Source: a virus. From it: 64,000 bases of DNA. The notes beneath the pieces were generated by a model. The model saw only the letters and a program-made list of their open reading frames with translations. It made no database searches and had not been told where the DNA came from. Location of the stretch: IMG/VR virus record IMGVR_UViG_3300021061_000001; one strand, written 5' to 3'. The first letter of the stretch is position 1, and the number at the start of each line of letters is the position of its first letter. The translations under genes were made by a program, and so were the position numbers. Below are positions 50,732 through 58,589 of this stretch, one piece after another.

Positions 50732-51103
50732 ATGTCCCGCTCTCTCGTGCTCCTGAAACTCGTCCTGCTCCTGGCCCCGGTCGTGCCCGCCGAGCGCAAG
50801 GAGGGCCAGCAGCCGGTGCCGGATCTGGTGGCGACCACTCAATTCGGTTCGATGACCCAGAGCGGCAAGGTGCTGACGATCCAGGGCACCTACTGGTCGG
50901 CGACGGGCGAAATCCGCGAGGACGGCACGATCTACCTCTTGTGGATCACCAGGGGCGGCCGCATCGCTCCGGGCGTGTACCGGCAAGACGGAGACACGCT
51001 TGTGGGAAATTGGGGCTGGGTCGATGACGTGGAGATCGCCTTGGACGGCGAACTGATCGGGCAAACGTGTCGCGAGACGCTGTACCTGACGCGGCCCAAG
51101 TGA
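50732..51103 (+). CDS. Secreted protein (signal peptide, 123 aa)
   Basis: MSRSLVLLKLVLLLAPVVPAE followed by a beta-rich mature part. Confidence 0.65.
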   Translation: MSRSLVLLKLVLLLAPVVPAERKEGQQPVPDLVATTQFGSMTQSGKVLTIQGTYWSATGEIREDGTIYLLWITRGGRIAPGVYRQDGDTLVGNWGWVDDVEIALDGELIGQTCRETLYLTRPK

Positions 51104-51315
51104 GCCTTACCCCGGCGTCACCGTGTTCGGCTGGGCGACGGGCCGGTGCGCCGGGGCGGATCTTGTGATGGAAGGGGATGGGTGGGGGCCTGTCCCCGGT
51201 GTGGACCGGACCTGGGGAGGGCGACCGAACCAGGTCCGGGTTTATCGCCGGCAGGCCGGGACAGTCGGAAGCGTACACCGCATACCGGCCGCCGGCGGCC
51301 ATCGAGGCGAAGTAG

Positions 51316-51726
51316 ATGCCGAAGAAGAAGTCCGCGAGCAAACGAACCGAAGAAGCCATGCTCGTGGAGACGATGCGCGGAGCCCTCCAGACCCGCAACA
51401 CCGGCATGCTCCGCGAGATCATGGAAGAGACGATGAACCTGGCCGGCGGAACCAGGTGCTTCGCGAAGCTCTTGTGGGATGCGTACACGTCCTCTGACGC
51501 CGGGCCGCTCTTGCGGTCACGCATCCTGGACGTGTGGATGAGAGCCCTGATGGTGACCCAGCCCAAGGGCGACCCCGACAACGATCTTGGCGCACTCAGC
51601 GCCGAGGACATCGACAGGGAGATGAAGGAGTTGATCGGTGCCGTTCGATCCGAGCAAAATGCCGCCGACGCCGCCCAAGAGGACCACCACCTCGAAGGCG
51701 ACGACGACAGCGCCGAAGAAGAATAG
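51316..51726 (+). CDS. Putative small terminase subunit (position only)
   Basis: 136-aa basic-then-acidic protein immediately upstream of, and overlapping, the large terminase gene. Confidence 0.4.
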   Translation: MPKKKSASKRTEEAMLVETMRGALQTRNTGMLREIMEETMNLAGGTRCFAKLLWDAYTSSDAGPLLRSRILDVWMRALMVTQPKGDPDNDLGALSAEDIDREMKELIGAVRSEQNAADAAQEDHHLEGDDDSAEEE

Positions 51727-53392
51727 CGTGCCCGAAGCGCCGCCGCCTGGGATGCCCGAGCACAAGCTGGCCCGCTTCCGCAAGCTGCTCGTCGCTCGCG
51801 CCAAGCTGCGCATGGAAGGGCTCAAGCTGTTCGAGCCCATGCCGGTGCAGACCGCCTTCCTCTCCTCCTCCTGCCGCGAACGCATCGTCTATGGGTCCAA
51901 CCGCAGTGGCAAGACAACGGTGGCCATGGTGGACCTGGCCCGCATCCTGACCGGCCAGGACCCGCTCGGCCGCCTGCCGCGCGAGAACCTGATCTGGTAT
52001 GTGGTTGGCAAGGACGGCCGCGAGCTGGCCAACGTCGTTCACAAGAAACTGTTCATGCCCGCCTGCTTCCAGATCATCCGCGACGAACGGACCCGGCAGT
52101 GGCGAGCCTTCCGGCCTTATCAGGAGGCGGACGCCCAGAGAGAGCAGGAAGCACGCTGGGCTCCGCCCCTGATCCCGGAGCGGTTCGTCCGCGAGGTGTC
52201 GTGGGAGAACAAGAAGGAAGGGCTGCCCAAGCTGGTGAAGCTCATCAACGGCTCGGAGATCCACTTCTTCTCGGGCAACGCCCGTCCGCCACACGGCTCG
52301 TCGATTCACGGGGCGAACTTCGACGAGGAAGTGCCCGACGGCTGGTATGCCGAGATCGCGGCCCGCCTGGTGGACTACCGCGGCTACTTCACCTGGTCGG
52401 CCACGCCCGAGCAGGGCACGGACCAGCTCCTCATCCTGCACGAACGGGCGATGGGGGAGATGGAGCGGTTCATGCAGACCGGCGTCAAGCCGTCCATCGA
52501 AGAGTATTTCATGGCCATCCACGGCAACCGGCACCTGACCCGGGAGCAGGTGGAGGAGTTCGAGTCGAAGCTGACCGACGAGCAGAAGCGGGTCAAGGTC
52601 TACGGCGAGTTCCTGCAGCTTGGCGCGTCGGTGTTCCCCGAGTTCCTGCCATCGCTGCATGTCGTGGACCAGTTCCCGATCCCGCTCGACTGGACGCGCT
52701 ACCTTTACATCGACCCCGGTTATCAGGTGTGTGCGGTCCTGTTCATGGCCGTGCCCGACCCTCGCGACGAGAAGCACGCCGGTTACAGGTACGTCTACGA
52801 CGAACTGTACCTCTACAACTGCAACGCGGACCTGTTCGGCCGCAAGATGCGCGAGAAGTGCGAGGGGCAGGACTTCGAGGCGTTCCTGATCGACGAGCAC
52901 GAGGCGCGCAAGCACTCGGCCGGCGACGGCAAGACTCTGGCCTCGCAGTATTCGGAGGCCCTGAGCCGCTACAAGATTCGTTCGCGCACGACCGGCTACG
53001 GTTTCTCGCCCGGCTCGGACGATCCCAAGGCCGACGTGGCGGCCATTCGCGACTGGCTGCGTAACCGGCCCGACAAGGGGCCGATCCTGCGCGTCTTTCC
53101 CAAGGACGCCATCCCCAACTTCCACTACGAGATCACGCACTGGCGGTTCAAGAAGGACGCCAAGGGGCTGGTTACGGATGAACCCGAATCGCGCGGGCGC
53201 GTTCACCTCATGGCGGGGCTGCGCGGGCTGGTGCAGTGCGATCCGCAATGGGTCAGGCCCAAGCACATGCCGGCACCGGACGAGATCCAGCGCATCATCG
53301 CCGAGGACCGCAGGCGCGAGAAGGCCCTGTATGGCGACGGCCCCGCGGTGTTTTGCGGCCCGCGCGGCGCGCGGGTGGGGGTGGGGGCATGA
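51638..53392 (+). CDS. terL: Terminase large subunit
   Basis: Walker A YGSNRSGKTT, Walker B-like ANFDEE, and a C-terminal nuclease block YIDPGY. An alternative start at ATG 51752 would remove the overlap with the upstream gene. Confidence 0.9.
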   Translation: MPFDPSKMPPTPPKRTTTSKATTTAPKKNSVPEAPPPGMPEHKLARFRKLLVARAKLRMEGLKLFEPMPVQTAFLSSSCRERIVYGSNRSGKTTVAMVDLARILTGQDPLGRLPRENLIWYVVGKDGRELANVVHKKLFMPACFQIIRDERTRQWRAFRPYQEADAQREQEARWAPPLIPERFVREVSWENKKEGLPKLVKLINGSEIHFFSGNARPPHGSSIHGANFDEEVPDGWYAEIAARLVDYRGYFTWSATPEQGTDQLLILHERAMGEMERFMQTGVKPSIEEYFMAIHGNRHLTREQVEEFESKLTDEQKRVKVYGEFLQLGASVFPEFLPSLHVVDQFPIPLDWTRYLYIDPGYQVCAVLFMAVPDPRDEKHAGYRYVYDELYLYNCNADLFGRKMREKCEGQDFEAFLIDEHEARKHSAGDGKTLASQYSEALSRYKIRSRTTGYGFSPGSDDPKADVAAIRDWLRNRPDKGPILRVFPKDAIPNFHYEITHWRFKKDAKGLVTDEPESRGRVHLMAGLRGLVQCDPQWVRPKHMPAPDEIQRIIAEDRRREKALYGDGPAVFCGPRGARVGVGA

Positions 53393-53568
53393 AGCAGCGC
53401 GAACGCGGCTCGCTGGACGCTCAGCTTCGGGATCTTGGCTTCAAGATCCATTCCCGGCCGTCCAAGGGGGAGCCGATCTGGGAGCGGCTAGGGATCAGGT
53501 ACACACAGAAGGCGGCGCTGGAAGTTCTGGCCCGCTACAAGGAAACCCACAAGGAGAACCAGCAGTGA
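53389..53568 (+). CDS. Small protein (59 aa)
   Basis: The ATG overlaps the terL stop (ATGA). Confidence 0.5.
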   Translation: MKQRERGSLDAQLRDLGFKIHSRPSKGEPIWERLGIRYTQKAALEVLARYKETHKENQQ

Positions 53569-53909
53569 GCGCAACAGCAACCGCGCCGGCCAAAGGGCCG
53601 GTCCAGTACGACATGCCCGAGGTGGAGCCGGGCAGCCTGGTGTGGTGGTACCGGGAAGGACATCCGCACGGGGAGCCGACGGCGGCTCTCGTGACGCGTG
53701 TCTATGCCCGCAGCGTGGACCTCAACTTCTTCGTCGCGGGACGGGCCACGATGGACGGCCGCTCCGGGGTGCGCTGCTGCGACGACCCGGACATGAAGGA
53801 CTCGGAGCGGCGCTACAACGGCGGCTGGACGCTGACCGGCCAGGACCGCAAGCTGCGCGAGCGGCTGGCGGCCCTGGAGGCACAGGTGAAGGACCTCAAG
53901 AAGAAGTAG
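53565..53909 (+). CDS. Small protein (114 aa, GTG start)
   Basis: GTG follows AAGGAGAA and overlaps the previous stop. Alternative ATG at 53613. Confidence 0.55.
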   Translation: MSATATAPAKGPVQYDMPEVEPGSLVWWYREGHPHGEPTAALVTRVYARSVDLNFFVAGRATMDGRSGVRCCDDPDMKDSERRYNGGWTLTGQDRKLRERLAALEAQVKDLKKK

Positions 53910-53913
53910 GCCG

Positions 53914-55818
53914 ATGGACAACCCTTTCCTGGCGGTGAAGTCCGGCTGGATCAAAAAGATCGTGGCGTCCCTGAAAGCCAAGCAGGAGTTTCAGGAGAAC
54001 GCCAACGAGGGGATGGCGTTTTTCAATGGCCCCTACGACTTCCTCTATAAGCCGGAAACATTCGCCGAGAAGAAGTCCCTGGCCTGGCACGGCGACGGTT
54101 CGTTCCCAACCCCCGGCTTCGGCATCGTCATCAACAAGATTTCCGAGGGGGTGCAGCTTTTCGGGCCATCGCTCTACCACCGCAACCCGGACAGGCAGGC
54201 CACGCCGCGCCTGTTCCCGATCCTGCCGCCGGAGGTGTTCGGCGACCCGCTGGACCCCGCCGTGCAGCAGATGCACCTGGCCATGAAGATGCAGGTCATG
54301 CAGGAGCAGCTTCCCGACCGCATCCGCGGCCGCCTGGTGGAGCACTACCTGGACGCCACCCCGAACATGCTGGACCTGGAAAGTTCGGCCCGCAAGGTGG
54401 TGGACGAGGCGATCATCAAGGGCATGGGCTGCTTCCGGCACAAGCTCTACCGCGTGCCGGGCGGGCGCATGCGGGTGGCGGGCTCGTTCTATCAGTCGGT
54501 CGATGACGTGACCGTGGACCCGGACATGGAATCGTTCGAGGACGGCAAGTGGCTGGCCATCCGCTGCGTCAAGCCGATCTGGGAGGTCGAGGACCAGTAC
54601 AACCTGCCGCGCGGCTCGCTCAAAAACAAGGGCACCGACCAGTCGCTGACCCAGAACGAAACCAGCACCGATTTCGAGACGCAGTTGCGGCGGGTCAAGG
54701 GGGAGACGTGCGACCTCCTGACCTACTGGGAAGTCTATTCCCGGATGGGCATGGGCTCGCTCCTGTCTGGCGTCCACGAGGACGCCAAGGCCATCGACGT
54801 GTTCGGTCCCTACGTGAAGCTGGTCGTGGCCGAGACGGTCGATTACCCGCTCAATCTCCCCGAGGCGATCTGGGCCGACAAGGACGCCGTGGCCCGCGCC
54901 GTTCAGTGGGACACGCCGTTCTGGGTCGGCGACGGCTGGCCGGTGACGCCGCTCAGTTTCCACTGGATCCCGCGCAAGGTCTGGCCGCAGTCGCACTTCG
55001 CCCCGGCCATGGGGGAGTTGCACTTTCTCAACTGGGCCTACTCGTTCATCGCCACGAAGATGGCGGTGTCGATCAAGGACTGGATCGGCATCAAGGCTGG
55101 CGCGGAAGAGGCGATCCAGAAGGCCATCGAGAGCCCGGTCGGCGACTACCGCGTCGTCAAGATCCCGGCCAACCTCGGCGACAACATCAAGGACGTGATC
55201 GAGTTCCTTCAGCATCCGCCGTTCCACCCGCAGTTCTTCCAGGTGGTGCTGGCGTTCATGGAGAGCTTCGACAAGCGCACCGGCCTCACGGAACTCATGT
55301 ACGGCCAGACCGCCACCCAGTCGCGTTCCTCGGCCGACTCGCAGCTCAAGGGCGAGGCCATGAAGATTCGCCCCGACGACATGGCCAAACAACTCGAACG
55401 CACCATGGCCGCCACGGGCTGGAAAGAGGCCCTGATGGCCCGCTGGCACCTGGAGCCGGAGGATCTGCTGCCGATCCTCGGCCAGGTCGGGACGCAGTAT
55501 TGGCAGCAGTTCGTGGCCACGCACGACCCGGCCCAGCTCGTTCACGGCCTGGAGTATCGCGTCGAGTCGGGCAACATCCGCAAGCCGAACCAGGACAAGA
55601 AGGCGCAGGACGCGACGGCGGCGTTGTCGCAACTATTCCAACCCTTCTGGCAATATGCTACGATGACTGGCGACGTGAATCCGGTCAACGCCCTCGTCAC
55701 GCTCTGGTGCGAGGGGCAGCAGCTTGATCCGGCCCCCTTCCTCCTTCCCACACCACCTCCCGTAGCTCCCACCGCTACCGGCCAACCCCCTCCCGAAAAA
55801 CCGAAGGAAGCCGCATGA
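53914..55818 (+). CDS. Portal protein
   Basis: 634-aa ORF just downstream of terL. Size and position are typical. No search was possible. Confidence 0.7.
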   Translation: MDNPFLAVKSGWIKKIVASLKAKQEFQENANEGMAFFNGPYDFLYKPETFAEKKSLAWHGDGSFPTPGFGIVINKISEGVQLFGPSLYHRNPDRQATPRLFPILPPEVFGDPLDPAVQQMHLAMKMQVMQEQLPDRIRGRLVEHYLDATPNMLDLESSARKVVDEAIIKGMGCFRHKLYRVPGGRMRVAGSFYQSVDDVTVDPDMESFEDGKWLAIRCVKPIWEVEDQYNLPRGSLKNKGTDQSLTQNETSTDFETQLRRVKGETCDLLTYWEVYSRMGMGSLLSGVHEDAKAIDVFGPYVKLVVAETVDYPLNLPEAIWADKDAVARAVQWDTPFWVGDGWPVTPLSFHWIPRKVWPQSHFAPAMGELHFLNWAYSFIATKMAVSIKDWIGIKAGAEEAIQKAIESPVGDYRVVKIPANLGDNIKDVIEFLQHPPFHPQFFQVVLAFMESFDKRTGLTELMYGQTATQSRSSADSQLKGEAMKIRPDDMAKQLERTMAATGWKEALMARWHLEPEDLLPILGQVGTQYWQQFVATHDPAQLVHGLEYRVESGNIRKPNQDKKAQDATAALSQLFQPFWQYATMTGDVNPVNALVTLWCEGQQLDPAPFLLPTPPPVAPTATGQPPPEKPKEAA

Positions 55819-55940
55819 AGTGTGCTTCGTGCAAGAAGGTCCGCGTTCGCTTCCGCGGTAATCGCTGCGCTCGCTGCGGTGACAAGATCGTCAAGGCGGC
55901 CATCCGTCTCATCAAGCGCGAAAGGTCAGGTGCCCGATGA
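55815..55940 (+). CDS. Tiny zinc-ribbon protein (41 aa; below track cutoff)
   Basis: ATGA overlaps at both ends. MKCASCKKVRVRFRGNRCARCGDKIVK... Confidence 0.45.
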   Translation: MKCASCKKVRVRFRGNRCARCGDKIVKAAIRLIKRERSGAR

Positions 55941-56155
55941 TGCCTCCTCAAGATCCCATGGCCCAGCTCATGGCCGGACAGGGGCCGGCGATGCCCGGCG
56001 GCGTACCCGGCGCCGCCGTCTGTCCCATGTGCGGCATGCCCATGGGCGCCCCGGTCGGCATGCCCCCCGGCCCGCCGATGGCCATCCCGCCCGAACAAGA
56101 CCAGAGCCCGCTCGCGGCCATGCTGATGGGCGGAGCGCCTCCGGGAGCCTACTGA
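55937..56155 (+). CDS. Met/Pro/Gly-rich small protein (72 aa)
   Basis: MMPPQDPMAQLMAGQGPAMPGG..CPMCGMPMGAPVGMPPGPPMAIPP. Coupled on both sides. Confidence 0.5.
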   Translation: MMPPQDPMAQLMAGQGPAMPGGVPGAAVCPMCGMPMGAPVGMPPGPPMAIPPEQDQSPLAAMLMGGAPPGAY

Positions 56156-56715
56156 TGCCCAGCCACGCCGAGTACCTGGAACTGTTCGCCGAGACGGACG
56201 ATCCGGCGCAGATCGAGCACTACGAACTGTGCCGCAAGAACGGCGCGTCGCACCGGCTGGCGCTGATGCTGGCCCTGGGCGTGCCGCCCATGTCCAACTC
56301 GGATCGGGAGTTTTTGCAAGGCTCGGAGAATGGCCGCCAGTTCCAGAACTGCCCGCACATCGGCAACGCTTACGCGAAGCTGGCCAAGCGGGCCGGGTTC
56401 ACGGACCTGTCAGGCAAGAAGTACCTGTCGGGCCTGGCCCGCTTCCCGGGCGATCCCGAGGCGTGGGTATCCGACCGCAGCGACGTGAAGCGCGTTCTGG
56501 AGAACCGCGGATGGGGGGCGGAGGGGGCGGTCACGACCAAGGTCCGCGAACTGGACCAGCCTCCCGAGATTACCCCGGTTGCTCCGCACATCGTCGAACG
56601 CGAGACGCAGGCGGAGGTGGCCAAGACGGGGCCGGTGACGCCCAAGAAGAGGCGAGAGATCAAGGAGCAGGTCCGCGAGCGGCTAACGCCGCACTGGGCC
56701 AAGAAGGGGGTCTGA
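56155..56715 (+). CDS. Virion-module protein (186 aa)
   Basis: The ATG overlaps the previous TGA by 1 nt. High GC3. Confidence 0.6.
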   Translation: MPSHAEYLELFAETDDPAQIEHYELCRKNGASHRLALMLALGVPPMSNSDREFLQGSENGRQFQNCPHIGNAYAKLAKRAGFTDLSGKKYLSGLARFPGDPEAWVSDRSDVKRVLENRGWGAEGAVTTKVRELDQPPEITPVAPHIVERETQAEVAKTGPVTPKKRREIKEQVRERLTPHWAKKGV

Positions 56716-56716
56716 C

Positions 56717-57025
56717 ATGGCGAACAAGATCGGCAAGATCGTGGAGCAGATCGTGTCGGATGCGGTGGCGACGGGGCAGGTGGCCCTGAACGCCTCGACG
56801 CCGACCCTGATCGCGGCGGCGCGGCCGGGGCGGCAGCGCATCACGATCACCAACGATTCCTCGATCAAGGTCTACATCGGCGGCTCGACCGTCGCGACCA
56901 ACAGCGGGGACATGATCGCGGCCACGTCCGGCTCGGCCAAGACATACCACACGGAGGCGGCGCTGTACGGCATCGCGGCCTCGGGCACCCCCACCGTCAC
57001 GTACCTGGAAGAATACGTCTCTTGA
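56717..57025 (+). CDS. Small beta-rich structural protein (102 aa)
   Basis: RITITNDSSIKVYIGGSTV...LYGIAASGTPTVTYLEEY resembles the C-terminal domain of the 1277-aa protein. Confidence 0.65.
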   Translation: MANKIGKIVEQIVSDAVATGQVALNASTPTLIAAARPGRQRITITNDSSIKVYIGGSTVATNSGDMIAATSGSAKTYHTEAALYGIAASGTPTVTYLEEYVS

Positions 57026-57044
57026 TCCGAAGGGAGATCGCGTC

Positions 57045-58088
57045 ATGTCTCTGAACGTAGCAATCGAACCTCGTCTGGCGAAGGCCCTCAAGGACGACGG
57101 ACTGGCCCGCGACCTCGTAACGGACATCAACGCCGTCCTCGACGGCAGCCTGGGCGACACGACTCCCGGCACGGTCGAAGCCTCCAAGGTCGTGGTGGTG
57201 GATTCCAACAAGGACATCTCCAGTTTCCGCAACGTCGGGCTCACCGGCGACCTGACCCTGGCCAGCGGCGGCAATCTCGTCCTCAGCGGGGCAACGGGCG
57301 AGTCGGAAATCATCCTCACCGACAACCTGGCCGATGCCCTGTCCGTCAAAATCTCGGGCGGCGCGGACTTCTTCGTGTTCTGCACCACCGACTCGGCCGA
57401 GAAGCTGACCCTCGCCCAGGACTTCCACCTCATCGGCGGCAAGGACTTGGTATTCACGGGGGCAACCGGCGAGTCGGAGATCCACCTGACGGATAACCTG
57501 GCGGACGCTCTTTCGGTCAAGATCGCTGGCGGGGCCGATTTCCTCGTCTGCGTCACCACCGATTCCGCCGAGAAGATCAACATTTCGCAGGACGTTCACT
57601 TGATCGGCGGCAAAGACCTCTTGTTCGTCGGGGCCACGGGCGAGTCCGAAATCCACCTGACCGACAACCTCGCCGATGCCCTGTCGGTGAAGATCGCGGG
57701 CGGTGCCGACTTCCTGGTGTTCGTGACCACGGACTCGGCCGAAGGGATCACGGTCGGCCAGCATCTGACCATGGCCGACGCCAAGAACATCATCCTCAAC
57801 ACCACGACCGGCACGAAGATCGGCACGGCCACGACCCAGAAGCTGGGCTTCTACAACGCCACGCCGGTCGCGCAGCCCGCCGCGCTGACCGCGCAGCTTA
57901 CGACCATCACGCATACCGCTCCGGGTAGCGACGACTTCGCCATCCAGAACCTGACCAATTCCTCGCCCTTCGGCTTCGTGACGGCGGACGAAGGCAACAC
58001 GGTCCTCAAGGTGATCGCCAACTTGCAGGCCAGACTGGCCGAAGTGGAAGCCCGTCTCGAAGCTCTCGGACTCGTGGCCGCCAACTAA
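57045..58088 (+). CDS. Fibre/decoration-like protein with three 57-aa tandem repeats
   Basis: GATGESEI-LTDNLADALSVKI-GGADF...TTDSAEK...LIGGKDL occurs three times. The C-terminal TKIGTATTQKLGFYNATPVAQP and coiled-coil LEALGLVAAN are common in phage fibre-like proteins (recalled). Confidence 0.75.
   Translation: MSLNVAIEPRLAKALKDDGLARDLVTDINAVLDGSLGDTTPGTVEASKVVVVDSNKDISSFRNVGLTGDLTLASGGNLVLSGATGESEIILTDNLADALSVKISGGADFFVFCTTDSAEKLTLAQDFHLIGGKDLVFTGATGESEIHLTDNLADALSVKIAGGADFLVCVTTDSAEKINISQDVHLIGGKDLLFVGATGESEIHLTDNLADALSVKIAGGADFLVFVTTDSAEGITVGQHLTMADAKNIILNTTTGTKIGTATTQKLGFYNATPVAQPAALTAQLTTITHTAPGSDDFAIQNLTNSSPFGFVTADEGNTVLKVIANLQARLAEVEARLEALGLVAAN
57288..57800 (+). repeat. 3 x ~171-bp tandem coding repeat
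   Basis: GATGESEI starts at aa 82, 139 and 196 of the 57045 gene. Confidence 0.85.
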
Positions 58089-58098
58089 GGAGCCTCGC

Positions 58099-58578
58099 AT
58101 GGCCGTATCCGGTCCAGCTACGTTCCGCCTGGAAACGGCGCTGAACGATCCCGATTCCGCCCGCCACCTGATCGAGCAGATCAACGCGGCGGGCGGCACG
58201 GTCATCGACGAACTGGTGACCCTGACCAACGCGGTCACGGTCAACCTGTCGCAGGTCGTGCCGTCGGGATCGGTCGTTTTGTCGGTCCAGGCCAACTTGC
58301 AAACCACCGTGAGCGGGGACGGGTCGGGGGACGATTTGCTGGCCAAGGTCGGCATCGGCACCACCGTGGACCCCGACAAGTACGCCATCACCTCGGCGCT
58401 GACCAAAAACTCCAAGGCCAAGGGGCTGGCCGACTGGGCCGTCCTGGCCTCCGACGAGCAGATCGCGGTCAGGGCCTGCCAGTCGGACGGCTCCCCATGC
58501 ACCGAGAAGTTCCTGGCCGGGGGCCAGGTCCGCGTCCGCGTCGTGTACCTGTCCGTTCCCGACCTGGGCAACGCCTGA
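58099..58578 (+). CDS. Structural-module protein (159 aa)
   Basis: AAGGAG upstream. Beta-rich. Confidence 0.65.
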   Translation: MAVSGPATFRLETALNDPDSARHLIEQINAAGGTVIDELVTLTNAVTVNLSQVVPSGSVVLSVQANLQTTVSGDGSGDDLLAKVGIGTTVDPDKYAITSALTKNSKAKGLADWAVLASDEQIAVRACQSDGSPCTEKFLAGGQVRVRVVYLSVPDLGNA

Positions 58579-58589
58579 GAGGGTGACCT

